NCBI GenBank assembly: GCA_963786935.1
Contig: CAWBAN010000001.1
Coordinates: 32,001-96,000, forward strand
Reading direction: 5' to 3'
Length of the DNA stretch: 64,000 bases
From: an uncultured bacterium
GTDB taxonomy: Bacteria > Krumholzibacteriota > Krumholzibacteriia > Krumholzibacteriales > Krumholzibacteriaceae
A program made the translations under genes and the position numbers. Positions within the stretch are counted from its first letter, which is position 1. Each line of letters opens with the position of its first letter. Shown here in pieces: positions 49,689-60,667 of the stretch. The notes beneath the pieces are model-generated. The model searched no databases. It was not told the DNA's origin and worked only from the letters and a program-made list of their open reading frames with translations.

Positions 49689-51717
49689 AGGTGTCCCCCT
49701 CCTCGATCGTGTCGACGATATCCATTCCCTTCGTGACGCGGCCGACGACCGTGTAGCGCCCGTTGAGGTGCGGCTGCGGCGTGTGCGTGACGAAGAACTG
49801 GCTCCCCGCCGTGTCCAATCCCGAATCGGCCATGCCGACGGTTCCCCGCTCGTAGCGATGCATGTTGTTCTCGTTGCGCAGGAGGAATCCCGCGTCCCCC
49901 CAGCCGTCGCCGCGCGGGCATCCGCCCTGAATGACGAACGCCGGCACGATGCGGTGGAACACGAAGCCGTCGAAGAAATGCGCCTGCGCGAGCGTGAGGA
50001 GGCTCCGCACGGCGGCGGGCGCTTCGTCGCCGTAGAGGAGGATGTCGATGTCGCCGCGCGAGGTCGAGACGCGGATCGTCACCTCGCCGAGCGGAAGCGC
50101 CGGCTCCTTCCACGGCGTTGTGCCGCGCTTCCACGAGCCCGCGCTCGCAGCTTCGAGCTTCATGCCGAATCCGGACGCGGCGCGCGCCGCGGCGGACGAA
50201 ACCCGCGGGTCGGAGTCGGTGACGGCCCCCGCGAAAAACGCCCGCAGGCCGTATTTCTCGACGCCGTCGTCGCCGATCTTCTTCGCCATCGCGCCGATCG
50301 CGTCGACGACGGCGAGCCGCCGGTCGCCGTCGTTGTACGACGTCGCCGCGCCGTAGACGCCGACGAGGCCGGGGACGGCGTCGGGGAAGCCCGCCTTGCC
50401 GAGCGATTCGATCGCGATGCTCGCGACCACCCAATCGTCCCCCCGCGCGGCGTTCATGAGCGCTTCGAGCGGCGTGATCGCCTTCCCCGTTTCGTCGCGG
50501 CATTCGCACGCCGCCTTGAGAGCGTCCTTCCGTTCCCAGTTGCCGAGCCCAGTCGCCGCTCCCTCGCGCAGGATCGGATCGACGTCCGGCGCGAGCGCCC
50601 GCACGAGGAGGGAGAGGTCGGCCGGATCGCCGATCGTGCCGAGGAGCTCGAGCGCGGTCGAGCGCTCGCTGCGCGGGCCGTCGTTCGCCGCTTTGAGGAG
50701 GATCGGTCTCGCGTCCTGCTTGCCCGTCGCCGCGACGGCGCCGAGGGCCGCCCGCCGCACCATCGAGGAGCGGTCGTTGACGAGCGGCTTCACGAGCTCG
50801 AAGCGCTGCTTGCCGGCGATGGCGGCGATCCCGTTCAGCGCGACCGTTTTCAGATAGTCGTCCCGCGAGGAGAGGAGCGTATCGAGCGCCGCGAGATCCT
50901 GCTTCTTCCCGATGCGTCCGATCGTCTCCGCGGCCTTGATCGCGACCCAGCGATCCGAATCGAGCGTGAGGGGGGCGATCGCCGGCACGGTGCTCCTCGC
51001 CTTGAGCCGGCCGAGCGCCTCAACGGCGCGGAACCGCACCTCGGGCTCCTGGTGCGTGAGCAGGTCGACGATCCGCTCGATCGCCTTCGTATAGCCGAGC
51101 CGCCCCATGGCGTAGGCCGCGCACGCCGCGACGCGCGGGTCCGGATCGAAATTGATCGGCTCGAGCTCGACCGCGGAGGCGGAATCGCCGGCGAATGCGA
51201 GCGCGAGCGCCGCCTGCGCCCGCAGACCCGCGTTGAAGTTCCTGAGCCACGGGGCGATGATCGGCGCCGCCGCCTTCATGCCGGTCTTCCCGAGCGCCTC
51301 GAGGGCGTAGGGCTTGATCGACGCCGGCTTCTCCCCGAGGCAGCGCTCGAGGATCTTGAGCGCCTGCTCGCCGCCGACGAGCCCGAGCGAATAGACGGCC
51401 GTCCGCGCGACGAGCTCGTCCGGGTCGTCGCAGAGCGTCGCGAGATACGGCACGAGCGCCTGATTCCCGTTCCGCCCGAGGAGCTCGGCGCAGCGGGCCC
51501 GGATGGCGGGCTCCTTGTCGGCCACGAGCTTCTGGAGGGCCGCCGCGTCGATCGTCTTCGTTTCCTCCATCCGCGCGAGGGCGACGAGCTTCTCCCGCCC
51601 GGCCGGATCCCTGAGGATGCTTTCATACCTGCTCGCGGCCGCGGCCGGCGCGGCGACTCCCGCGAGCGTGCCGGCGATGAGCACCGCCGCGGCGCCTATG
51701 ATCGCCGTTCGTTTCAT
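49666..51717 (-). CDS. secreted HEAT-repeat protein with C-terminal cyclophilin PPIase
   Basis: Signal peptide; HEAT repeats; FHRIVP.FVIQGG.P.GDG.G, GSQFF, PHL.G.YT. Confidence 0.88.
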   Translation of the reverse strand: MKRTAIIGAAAVLIAGTLAGVAAPAAAASRYESILRDPAGREKLVALARMEETKTIDAAALQKLVADKEPAIRARCAELLGRNGNQALVPYLATLCDDPDELVARTAVYSLGLVGGEQALKILERCLGEKPASIKPYALEALGKTGMKAAAPIIAPWLRNFNAGLRAQAALALAFAGDSASAVELEPINFDPDPRVAACAAYAMGRLGYTKAIERIVDLLTHQEPEVRFRAVEALGRLKARSTVPAIAPLTLDSDRWVAIKAAETIGRIGKKQDLAALDTLLSSRDDYLKTVALNGIAAIAGKQRFELVKPLVNDRSSMVRRAALGAVAATGKQDARPILLKAANDGPRSERSTALELLGTIGDPADLSLLVRALAPDVDPILREGAATGLGNWERKDALKAACECRDETGKAITPLEALMNAARGDDWVVASIAIESLGKAGFPDAVPGLVGVYGAATSYNDGDRRLAVVDAIGAMAKKIGDDGVEKYGLRAFFAGAVTDSDPRVSSAAARAASGFGMKLEAASAGSWKRGTTPWKEPALPLGEVTIRVSTSRGDIDILLYGDEAPAAVRSLLTLAQAHFFDGFVFHRIVPAFVIQGGCPRGDGWGDAGFLLRNENNMHRYERGTVGMADSGLDTAGSQFFVTHTPQPHLNGRYTVVGRVTKGMDIVDTIEEGDTFSIRAVQ

Positions 51718-51802
51718 CGGTTCCTCCTTCATGCGATTTCTCGAGACATTTCCATTGGCCGCTGGAGTATAATGCCTCCGCGCGCTTTTGTAGAGACATG
51801 AA

Positions 51803-51862
51803 ATCGGGGCGCCGTCCGCGGCGCCGATCGGGAGCGCCGTCCGCGGCGCCGATCGGGGCGCC
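51803..51862 (+). repeat. tandem repeat, about 2.4 copies of a 24-25 bp unit
   Basis: ATCGGG(A)GCGCCGTCCGCGGCGCCG twice plus partial ATCGGGGCGCC. Confidence 0.7.
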
Positions 51863-51884
51863 TTGTGCGGCGCGGGGTGAAGCG

Positions 51885-52643
51885 ATGGCCCATCGAATGA
51901 TACAGTTCGCGCCCGGCGACACTTTCCTGCACCGGCTCCATCCGCTCTCGAAGCTTTTCGCCGCGGTCATCGTCTCGATCGCGGCGTTTGTCTTCGATTC
52001 GTGGATCGCGGTCGCGGCGCTCGCCGCGCTCGTCGCCGTTCTCCACGCGCCGCGGGGGATCGGGGCGGCGCGGCTGCGGGTCGTCCTCGCCTCGTTTCCG
52101 CTTTTCGGCGCGCTCATCGTGCTCGCCAACGTTTTTCTCGTGCGCGGAGAGGGGGTCTGGTGGCGGGACGCGATCGCGGGCCTCGTGCAGAGCCTGCGCG
52201 TGCTCACGCTCATCGCGACCGCGAACCTCTATCTCGCCGTGACGGACCCGATCGATCTTTCGGATGCGGTCGTCCGCGCGCTCTCGCCGCTCAGGCGCGC
52301 GGGCGTGCGCGTCGGCGAGATCTCTCTCATGACGATGATCGCCTTCAGCTTCATCCCGCTCATGGCGGACGAGGTGCGGCGCCTCGAGCTCGCGCAGGCC
52401 GCGCGCTGCGGGTTCCCCAAGCGCGGGCCGGCAGCGATCCGGGCCGCGGTGCCGCTGCTCGCGCCCCTCTTTATCGGCGTCTTCCGGCGGGCCGACGAGA
52501 TCGACACGGCGCTCCGCGTCCGCTGCTACCGTATGGACGCGCCGCGGAGCTCGTTCCGCGGGACCTGGTGGAAGGCGGCGGACGGCCTCGTCTGCGCCGC
52601 CGTGCTCGTCCTCTTCGTCGCGGGGTTGTATGCGCACGTTTAA
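51885..52643 (+). CDS. ecfT: ECF transporter transmembrane T component
   Basis: PGDT.LHRLHP..K, T.P..L, FIP, AQ.AR, RA......L..R.Y; start could be 51798. Confidence 0.8.
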   Translation: MAHRMIQFAPGDTFLHRLHPLSKLFAAVIVSIAAFVFDSWIAVAALAALVAVLHAPRGIGAARLRVVLASFPLFGALIVLANVFLVRGEGVWWRDAIAGLVQSLRVLTLIATANLYLAVTDPIDLSDAVVRALSPLRRAGVRVGEISLMTMIAFSFIPLMADEVRRLELAQAARCGFPKRGPAAIRAAVPLLAPLFIGVFRRADEIDTALRVRCYRMDAPRSSFRGTWWKAADGLVCAAVLVLFVAGLYAHV

Positions 52644-53352
52644 GCTCACCGTCGAGTACGACGGGACGGATTTCTTCGGCTGGCAGGCCCAGCCGGACCT
52701 TCGCACCGTGCAGAGGTCGCTGGGCGATGCCATCTACCACGCGACGCAGGAGCGGAGCGTCGTCACGGGCGCCGGGAGAACCGACGCGGGGGTGCACGCG
52801 GCCGGCCAGGTGGCGAGCTTCAGCTCCGGGACGCGGCTCGCGCCGGACGTGCTCCGGCGCGCCATCAACGGATGGCTCCCCAAGGACATCCGGGTTCGGA
52901 GCGTCGAGGAGGCCTCCGCGAGCTTCAACGCCCGCCACGACGCGAAGAGCCGCACGTACCATTACCTATTCATCCGCCGCGAGACCGCGCTCTGGCGGAG
53001 CCACTACTGCTACGTCAAAGGGGCTCTCGACCTCCGCGCCATGCGGCGCGCGCTCGCCGATCTCGTCGGCGAGAAGGACTTCACGACGTTCACCACGGCG
53101 GATGACGGCTCCACGAACAAGCGCTGCGACGTGACGAGGGCCGAGCTCGTCGAGACGCCGCCGCTCCTCACGCTCGAGCTCACCGCCGACCATTTCCTCC
53201 ACCATATGGTCCGCGCGATCGCGGGCACCCTGCTCGACTTCGGCAGGGGCAAACCGTTGAGCATGGAGGACATCATCGCCGCCCGCGATTCCTCCCGCGC
53301 CGGCCAGACGCTCCCGCCGCACGCCCTCTACCTCATGGCCGTCCGCTACTGA
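52630..53352 (+). CDS. truA: tRNA pseudouridine(38-40) synthase
   Basis: YDGT.F.GWQ, GAGRTDAGVHA, F.ARH.A..R.Y, FL.HMVR. Confidence 0.95.
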   Translation: MRTFKLTVEYDGTDFFGWQAQPDLRTVQRSLGDAIYHATQERSVVTGAGRTDAGVHAAGQVASFSSGTRLAPDVLRRAINGWLPKDIRVRSVEEASASFNARHDAKSRTYHYLFIRRETALWRSHYCYVKGALDLRAMRRALADLVGEKDFTTFTTADDGSTNKRCDVTRAELVETPPLLTLELTADHFLHHMVRAIAGTLLDFGRGKPLSMEDIIAARDSSRAGQTLPPHALYLMAVRY

Positions 53353-53521
53353 GCGAGCGGCGGAACTATTTTCAAAGTAATGAGTTAGGTATCGTCGCAG
53401 GGCCTCGCCGCGTCCGTCCGAAATCCATTGTCGCCGCGCCTCCGTATATGTATAATGAAGGTTTCCAGCGGATGCCCGCCCCGAGGGGCGGCATGGAACG
53501 GATGCAAAAGCAGGAGGAACC

Positions 53522-54169
53522 ATGAAATTCTTCATCGATACCGCAAATATAGCGGAGATCCGGGAGGCGGCATCTCTCGGGATCATCGACGGTTGCACGA
53601 CCAACCCGACGCTTCTCTCGAAGGAGAAGGGCTCGTACAAGGAGATCCTCGCGGAGATCTGCGAGATCATCGAGGGGCCGGTGAGCGCGGAGGTGGTTTC
53701 TCTGGAAGCGGCGGGGATGGTCAAGGAGGGAAAGGAACTCTGCAAGGTCGCCGACAACATCATCATCAAGGTGCCGTGCATCCGCGAGGGGATCAAGGCG
53801 ATCGGGATGTTCAAGAAGGAAGGCATCCAGACGAACGCGACGCTGTGCTTTTCGGCGATGCAGGGGCTCGTCGTCGCCAAGGCCGGCGCCTCGTACGTGA
53901 GCCCCTTCGTCGGGCGCGTGGACGACGTGGGCAATCCCGGCATGGATCTCATCCGCGAGCTCGTGCAGATCTACAACAACTACTCGTTCGGCACGCAGGT
54001 CATCGTGGCGAGCATTCGTCATCCGCAGCACGTCTACGAATCGGCGCTCATCGGGGCGGACGTCGCGACGATTCCCTACAAGGTGCTCGAACAGCTCATC
54101 AAGCACCCGCTCACGGACACGGGAATCAAGAGCTTCCTCGCTGATTGGGAGAAGGTCACGAAGAAGTAA
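53522..54169 (+). CDS. tal: transaldolase / fructose-6-phosphate aldolase family
   Basis: [36 protein letters not shown]. Confidence 0.92.
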   Translation: MKFFIDTANIAEIREAASLGIIDGCTTNPTLLSKEKGSYKEILAEICEIIEGPVSAEVVSLEAAGMVKEGKELCKVADNIIIKVPCIREGIKAIGMFKKEGIQTNATLCFSAMQGLVVAKAGASYVSPFVGRVDDVGNPGMDLIRELVQIYNNYSFGTQVIVASIRHPQHVYESALIGADVATIPYKVLEQLIKHPLTDTGIKSFLADWEKVTKK

Positions 54170-54207
54170 CCGGCGCACGGCGCCGGGCCCGGTCCGGAGA
54201 ATCTACC

Positions 54208-55406
54208 ATGGCGCTATTCGAAAGCAGGGGGAACGAGCCGTTCCCATCGTCCTCGGAGTCCTTTTCGGACTCTGCATCGCGCTCCTCGTCGTGTCGATCG
54301 TCATGCTCAGGCGGGCGGGCGAGGGGGGCGCGGCGGACGGCGGACGAACGTCCTCGCGGGCCGCGCAGGAGGAGCGCACGGGCGCGATCGTCGAGGCGAC
54401 GCGGCGCGCGAGCCCCGCGGTCGTGTCGGTGACGGCCGTCGGCACGGGCGACATCAGCGCGAATCCCGAGCTCTACTTCCGCTACCTCCAGATGTACTAC
54501 TTCAACCCCTCCCGGCTCGAGCAGCTCGGGGGGAGCCCCGTGCTCCAGTACACGAAGTTCGGGTCGGGGATCATCCTGTCCTCGGACGGGCACATTCTCA
54601 CGAACGAGCACGTCACGCGCGACGCCGAGCGCATCATCGTCACCATGAACGACGGGACGAAGGCCGAGGCGTCGGTCATCGGCTCGGACGCGATCTACGA
54701 TCTCGCGCTCCTCAAGATCGAAGCGAAGAACCTCGCGTACGCGCCGCTCGGCGATTCGGACCGGCTCGCGATCGGCGAATGGGTCATCGCGATCGGGAGC
54801 CCCTTCGGCTACCTGCTCGGAGATCCGCAGCCGACCGTGACCGTCGGGGTCGTGAGCGCGCTCCATCGCGACGTGAAATCGAGCACCGACGCCCCCGTGT
54901 TCCAGAACATGATCCAGACCGACGCGGCGATCAGCCCCGGCAACAGCGGCGGCCCGCTCGTTTCGAGCGCCGGCGAAGTGATCGGCATCAACACCTTCAT
55001 CATGTCCACGGCGGAAGGGAGCATCCCCGGGATGAGCTTCGCGATCCCGATCAACACGGCGAAGGCCGTCGTCGACGAGATCCTCCAGTACGGCCGCGTG
55101 CGGTTCACGTGGACCGGCATCAGCGTGAGCACCGTCACGCCGGAGGTCGCGCGCCGCTTCGGCTCGAGCGTGACGGGCGGGCTCCTCGTCGAGAAGGTGG
55201 ACGCGGACGGGCCGGGCGCGCAGGCGGGGATCAAGCGCGGCGACGTCATTCTCGAGGTGAACGGATCGAAGGTGAGCACCGCCGAGCAGGCCGCGAAGGC
55301 CGTGTTCGGGCTCCGCGTCGGCGATTCCGTCGACATGGTCATTTACCGCGACGGGAGAACGCAAACGGTGAAATTGAGGCTCGTCGAGCAGCGGCAGGGC
55401 GCCTGA
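54208..55406 (+). CDS. HtrA/DegP-type serine protease with PDZ domain; 1-nt frameshift in the G5 run at 54227-54231
   Basis: GSG.I, TNEHV, DLALLK, IQTDAAI.PGNSGGP, PDZ; adding one G joins MALFESRG to the TM anchor ERAVPIVLGVLFGLCIALLV. Confidence 0.85.
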
Positions 55407-55458
55407 CGGGCCGTGCGGGCGTCCGAGGCGCCGCGCGGGCTTTCGAAGGAGGTTTCGC

Positions 55459-56760
55459 TTGATTCCGCGATATTCGGTACCCGAAATCACGAAGATCTGG
55501 TCCGAGGAATACAAGTTCGATCTGTGGCGCGAGGTCGAAGTGCTCTACTGCGAGGGGATGGCCGCATACGGCCTCATCCCCGCGAAGGCGGCGCGCGAGA
55601 TCCGCGCCCGGGCGGGGTTCAGCGTCAAGCGGATCGAGCGGATCGAGGAGAAGGTCCGCCACGACGTCATCGCGTTCCTCACCGACATGTCGCGGCGCAT
55701 CGGGCCGTCGGGGCGCTACCTGCACCTCGGCATGACGAGCTCGGATCTCCTCGACACGGCGCTCGCCTGCCAGATGACGGCCGCCGGCCGCGAGATCCTC
55801 GTCCGGCTCAAGCGGCTGCAGCGCGTCCTGCGGAAGCAGGCGGTCCGCTACCGGCATACGCCGATGATCGGGCGGACCCACGGGATGTACGCCGAGCCGA
55901 TCACCTTCGGGCTCAAGATGCTCGTCTGGTACGAGGAGACGGGGCGGAACGTCGCCCGCCTCGAGCGGGCGATCGAGGAGGTGCGCGTCGGGAAGATGAC
56001 CGGCGCCGTCGGCACGCAGACACACATCGACGCCCGCGTCGAGCGCTTCGTCATGAAGCGGCTCGGCCTCGAGACGGCGAACGTCACCACGCAGATCATC
56101 CAGCGCGACCGGCACGCGGCCTACATGGAGACGCTCGCCTTGATCGGCGCCTCTCTCGAGAAGATGGCGACCGAGATCCGCGGCCTCCAGCGGAGCGACG
56201 TCGGCGAGGCCGAGGAGCCGTTCACGCGCGGGCAGAAGGGCTCGAGCGCGATGCCGCACAAGCGCAATCCGATCCTCTGCGAGCGCATCGCCGGCATGGC
56301 GCGCATCCTCAGGGGGAACGCGCACGCCGCCCTCGAGAACGTCGCGCTCTGGCACGAGCGCGACATCAGCCACTCGTCGGTCGAGCGCGTGATCATCCCC
56401 GATTCGACGATGCTCACGGCGTACATGCTCGAGAAGTTCACGTGGATCGTGGAGAACATGCGGGTGAACAGGAAGCGGATGCGCGCGAACCTCGACCGCA
56501 CGGGCGGGCTCGTCTTTTCCGAGCACGTGCTCCTCGCCCTCGTCGAGAAGGGATTCGCGCGCGAGGCGGCCTACAAGATCGTGCAGCGCGCCGCGATGGA
56601 GGCCATGCAGACGGGGGAGAGCTTCCGGGAGCTCCTCGCCGCCGACGCGCGCCTGCGCGACCGGTTCTCGAAAAAGGAGATCGATGCGCTCTTCGACCTC
56701 GACGCGCATTTCAAGAGCATAGATTTCATCTTCAAACGCACACTGGGGAGAAGGAACTGA
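55459..56760 (+). CDS. purB: adenylosuccinate lyase
   Basis: [40 protein letters not shown]. Confidence 0.95.
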   Translation: MIPRYSVPEITKIWSEEYKFDLWREVEVLYCEGMAAYGLIPAKAAREIRARAGFSVKRIERIEEKVRHDVIAFLTDMSRRIGPSGRYLHLGMTSSDLLDTALACQMTAAGREILVRLKRLQRVLRKQAVRYRHTPMIGRTHGMYAEPITFGLKMLVWYEETGRNVARLERAIEEVRVGKMTGAVGTQTHIDARVERFVMKRLGLETANVTTQIIQRDRHAAYMETLALIGASLEKMATEIRGLQRSDVGEAEEPFTRGQKGSSAMPHKRNPILCERIAGMARILRGNAHAALENVALWHERDISHSSVERVIIPDSTMLTAYMLEKFTWIVENMRVNRKRMRANLDRTGGLVFSEHVLLALVEKGFAREAAYKIVQRAAMEAMQTGESFRELLAADARLRDRFSKKEIDALFDLDAHFKSIDFIFKRTLGRRN

Positions 56761-56763
56761 ACG

Positions 56764-59163
56764 ATGGGTGCCGAACTCAAAGGGATCGTTTCGATACGGG
56801 GTAAATCGGACGCCGAGATCGCGGCGCTCCTCAAGCAGCACGGATTCAACATCACGACGGGGGAGGCGCTCCGCGTCACGGAGCTCCTCGGGCGCGATCC
56901 GACCGTCGTCGAGCTCACGATCTTCAACACGATGTGGAGCGAGCACTGCAGCTACAAGAGCAGCCGCGGCGTGCTCAAGGAGTATCTCCCGACGGAGGCG
57001 CCGAACGTCGTGCTCGGCCCGGGCGAGGATTCGGGCATCATCCGCTTCGCCCCGGCGGAGAAGGGGGACTCGTGGTGCCTCGTCATCAGCCACGAGAGCC
57101 ACAACCATCCGTCGCAGGTGCTCCCCGTCGAGGGGGCGGCGACCGGTATCGGCGGCATCGTGCGCGACGTGTACTGCATGGGCGCCGACGTCGTCGGCAG
57201 CCTCGATCCGCTCCGCTTCGGCGATCCGAACGGGCCGAAGGGGCGGCAGGCGATCTCGATCGCGCGCGGCGTGATCGAGGGAATCGCCGAGTACGGGAAC
57301 GCGCTCGGCGTGCCGAACCTCGGCGGCGACATCGTCTTCGACCGCGGCTACGACGACAACTGCCTCGTGAACGTCGTCGCCGTGGGGATCGTCAAGGAGT
57401 CGCGCGTCATCAGGAGCCGCGTGCCCGAGGCCGCGAAGAAAATCCCCTATAAAATGATACTCATCGGCAAGCCCACCGACGATTCGGGATTCGGCGGCGC
57501 CGCGTTCGCCTCCGAGGATCTCGCGAGCGAGGAGAAGGCGAACCGCGGGGCCGTGCAGGTGCCCGATCCGTTCCTCAAGCGCGTGCTCTCCGAGGCCATG
57601 AAGAAGGTGTTCGAGGCCGCGGCGAACAAAGGGGTCACGATCGGCTTCAAGGACCTCGGCGCCGGCGGCATCGCGTGCGCCACTTCCGAGCTCGCGCACG
57701 CCGGCGGATTCGGCGTGAAAATCGACCTCGACAAGGTCAACCTCGCCATGGGCACGTACCCGAGCGCCGTGATTTCCTGCTCCGAGACGCAGGAGCGCTA
57801 CGCGATGGCGGTGCCCGCCGATTTCGCCCCCGAGGTGTTGAAGATCTACAACGAGGATTTCGACCTGCCGCACATCTATCACGGCGCGGGCGCCGTCGTC
57901 ATCGGCGACATCACGCTCGAGCCGAACTACACGATCGAAACGGCGGGCGCGGTCGTCTGCAGCGCGCCGGTCGACGTCATCACGACCGGCATCAAGTACG
58001 ATCGCGCGGGGAAGCCGCGCCGGCGCCTCTTCGAGGAGCCGAAGCTCGATCCCGCGCGCTCGCTGCGCGACGATTTTCTCGCGATGGTCTCGTCCCCGAA
58101 CGGCGCTTCGCGCAACTACGTCTACCGGCGCTACGACGCCGAGGTGCAGGGGAGGGCCGTGCTCCGGCCCGGCGAGGCGGACGCCTCCGTCATCGCGCCG
58201 ATCCCCGGCCGCATGACGGGGCTCGCGTTCTCCGTCGACGGGAATCCGTTCTACGGCCTCATCGATCCGTACCAGGGCGGGGCGCTCGGCGTCTGCGAGG
58301 CCGCGCGCAACGTCGCCGCCGTCGGCGCCGTTCCCGCCACGATCACCGACTGCCTCAACTACGGCAATCCCGAGGTCGAGGAGGTCTTCTGGGAATTCTC
58401 CGAAGGGGTGCGCGGCATCGGCGACGCGTGCCGCGGGATCGGGCATCTCGCGCACGAGGGCGCGCCGCTCCCCGTCGTCTCGGGCAACGTGAGCTTCTAC
58501 AACCAGAGCGAGAGCGGGAAATCGATCCCGCCGTCTCCGGTGCTCTGCTGCGTCGGCGTCGTCGAGGACTATTCGAAATGCCGCTCGATCCAGTTCAAGG
58601 AGGAAGGCGACGGTCTCTTCCTCCTCGGCGACATCCTCGACGAGCTCGGCGGGAGCGAATACTACCGCCTCGTCTACGGCGCGTCGGGCGCGAACGTGCC
58701 GAAGGCCGATTTTCTCAGGGACCGGCGGCTCATCCGCACCGTCGTCGAGATGCATACGCTCGGCTGGGTGCGCGCCTGTCACGACGTGAGCCAGGGCGGG
58801 CTCCTCACCGCGCTCGCCGAGATGGCGCTCGGCGGCCGCGGCGCCGGAGACGTCGGCTTCACGCTCGATCTCGATCTCCTGGCGAATTTCAAGCTCCCGG
58901 CGGAGAAGCTCCTCTTCTCCGAGACGGGCTGCTTCGTCGTCGAGCTCTCATCCGAGGCCGCCGAGCGGGAGATCCTCGGCGTCTGCGCGCGGAACCGCGT
59001 GAACCTCACGCGGCTCGGTGAGCTCAAGGGACGCCCGAAGCTCGAGGTCATGCGGGGAAAGAAGAGCATGGCCGCGTGGGATCTCGCGGAGCTCCGCGGC
59101 GCCTACCTCTCGGGCTGCCGCCCCATATTCGGCGTCGGAGAGAACGGGGGTGATCGCGCGTGA
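56764..59163 (+). CDS. purL: phosphoribosylformylglycinamidine synthase subunit PurL
   Basis: WSEHCSYKSS, ESHNHPS, GAATGIGGIVRD, DLGAGG, SETQER, LNYGNP, VSGNVSFYN. Confidence 0.95.
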   Translation: MGAELKGIVSIRGKSDAEIAALLKQHGFNITTGEALRVTELLGRDPTVVELTIFNTMWSEHCSYKSSRGVLKEYLPTEAPNVVLGPGEDSGIIRFAPAEKGDSWCLVISHESHNHPSQVLPVEGAATGIGGIVRDVYCMGADVVGSLDPLRFGDPNGPKGRQAISIARGVIEGIAEYGNALGVPNLGGDIVFDRGYDDNCLVNVVAVGIVKESRVIRSRVPEAAKKIPYKMILIGKPTDDSGFGGAAFASEDLASEEKANRGAVQVPDPFLKRVLSEAMKKVFEAAANKGVTIGFKDLGAGGIACATSELAHAGGFGVKIDLDKVNLAMGTYPSAVISCSETQERYAMAVPADFAPEVLKIYNEDFDLPHIYHGAGAVVIGDITLEPNYTIETAGAVVCSAPVDVITTGIKYDRAGKPRRRLFEEPKLDPARSLRDDFLAMVSSPNGASRNYVYRRYDAEVQGRAVLRPGEADASVIAPIPGRMTGLAFSVDGNPFYGLIDPYQGGALGVCEAARNVAAVGAVPATITDCLNYGNPEVEEVFWEFSEGVRGIGDACRGIGHLAHEGAPLPVVSGNVSFYNQSESGKSIPPSPVLCCVGVVEDYSKCRSIQFKEEGDGLFLLGDILDELGGSEYYRLVYGASGANVPKADFLRDRRLIRTVVEMHTLGWVRACHDVSQGGLLTALAEMALGGRGAGDVGFTLDLDLLANFKLPAEKLLFSETGCFVVELSSEAAEREILGVCARNRVNLTRLGELKGRPKLEVMRGKKSMAAWDLAELRGAYLSGCRPIFGVGENGGDRA

Positions 59164-59996
59164 AGGGCGTTTATCGTGATCGCGTCGCCGTCATCCAGTT
59201 CCCCGGCGTGAATTGCGAGTACGAGACCGCTTCGGCGGTGCGGACGATCGGGCTCGAAGCCGGCATCTTCCGCTGGAACGAGGATCCGGCGCTCCTCGAC
59301 GAATGCGCCGCGATCGTTCTTCCCGGCGGATTCTCCTATCAGGACCGCATCCGCGCCGGCGTCGTCGCGGCGAAGGACCGCATCATGGACAAGGTGTCGG
59401 AGCTCGCGCGCGGCGGACGGCCGGTGCTCGGCATCTGCAACGGCGCACAGGTGCTCGTCGAGTCGGGGCTCATCCCCGGCATTCACTGGGAGAAGGTCGA
59501 CCTCGCGCTCGCGCCGAACGTCATGGCCGACCGCGAAGGTTACTACTGCAACTGGGTGTTTCTCAGAAAAGAGCGGAGCCGCTGCGTCTGGACGGCCCGC
59601 TACGCCGAAGGAGAGGTCGTTCCGGTCCCGATCGCGCACGCCGAGGGGCGCTTCGTGACGGAGGACGCCGGCGTGCTCGACGAGATGAAGAAGAACGATC
59701 AGATCGCCCTCAGATATTGCGACGCCGCCGGAGCGATCGTCGATTCGTTCCCCGTCAATCCGAACGGCTCGGTGGAGAACATCGCGGGGGTGTGCAGCCG
59801 CGAGGGGAACGTGCTCGCGATGATGCCCCATCCCGAGCGCGCGACGTGGCTGCGGCAGGTCCCCGAGGATCTCGGCGGCCGCTGGGGGCGCGACCGGCGC
59901 CGGGCGGCGGGGGAGGCGTCCCGCATGGAGAGCGCCGGGCCGGGACGGGCGTTTTTCGCCGCGCTCCGCGGCGCGAAGGAAGGTGACGCGCGATGA
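59160..59996 (+). CDS. purQ: FGAM synthase glutaminase subunit PurQ
   Basis: FPG.NC, PGGFSY.D, GICNG.Q, PIAH.EG, NPNGS, MMPHPER. Confidence 0.95.
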   Translation: MKGVYRDRVAVIQFPGVNCEYETASAVRTIGLEAGIFRWNEDPALLDECAAIVLPGGFSYQDRIRAGVVAAKDRIMDKVSELARGGRPVLGICNGAQVLVESGLIPGIHWEKVDLALAPNVMADREGYYCNWVFLRKERSRCVWTARYAEGEVVPVPIAHAEGRFVTEDAGVLDEMKKNDQIALRYCDAAGAIVDSFPVNPNGSVENIAGVCSREGNVLAMMPHPERATWLRQVPEDLGGRWGRDRRRAAGEASRMESAGPGRAFFAALRGAKEGDAR

Positions 59997-60667
59997 AGAC
60001 GCCGGTGCGGCTCTGGGTTCGGCTCAAGGTGATCGATCTCGTCGCGCAGACGGCGCGGATCACGCTCACCGACAAGCTCGACTTCGCGGACACGCTCCGC
60101 GGATTGACGCACTACTGGTACTGGGGCATGGATGCCGAAGCGTCCGACGCGAAGGGCGCGCTCGAGGAGATCGATCGCATGATCAGGCTGGATAGTGCAT
60201 TCACTAACCAGAACAAGCATCTCTATCGTCTTGCAGCGGGTGTCGATCTTGTTCGCGGCGATCTCGCGCTCGAAAAGGACTATCCCGTGGGCATGGGGGC
60301 GGACATTCTCGCGAACGAGCCCATTGGAGGCTCTGCGACTGGGCTCGGAGCGAGAATGTCCGCCCCCTTCGCGTTCGACGCGCTCGTGCGCGAGAGGAGG
60401 CCCGACCGCGAGGCGGGCTTCGCGGCGCGGCTCAACGCGCGGATCAAGGGCGTGACCGTATCGAACATGAAATGCGGCGAGATGTGGCGTATCACGGTGA
60501 GCGCGCCGTCCGAGAAGGATGCGCTCGCCGTCGTCGAGAAGATGCTCGTGAGCCGTTCGCGGCGCGAGGGGCTGCTCCTCAATCCGCATTACCAGACGTA
60601 CGAGATTCTCGCGGCGACGCGCCTCGGCGCGGGAAGCGCCGCCGAGGCCGACCGGGCGAAGGAGTGA
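59993..60667 (+). CDS. double-length PurS-like protein carrying an in-frame palindromic insert
   Basis: Located between purQ and purF; two PurS-like halves (LKVID...F.N.NKH; ...LLLNP..Q.Y); element at 60295-60367. Confidence 0.6.
   Translation: MKTPVRLWVRLKVIDLVAQTARITLTDKLDFADTLRGLTHYWYWGMDAEASDAKGALEEIDRMIRLDSAFTNQNKHLYRLAAGVDLVRGDLALEKDYPVGMGADILANEPIGGSATGLGARMSAPFAFDALVRERRPDREAGFAARLNARIKGVTVSNMKCGEMWRITVSAPSEKDALAVVEKMLVSRSRREGLLLNPHYQTYEILAATRLGAGSAAEADRAKE
60295..60367 (+). repeat. palindromic intragenic element, copy 1
   Basis: 18-bp perfect arms GGGGGCGGACATTCTCGC / GCGAGAATGTCCGCCCCC around core GAACGAGCCCATTGGAGGCTCTGCGACTGGGCTCGGA. Confidence 0.9.
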
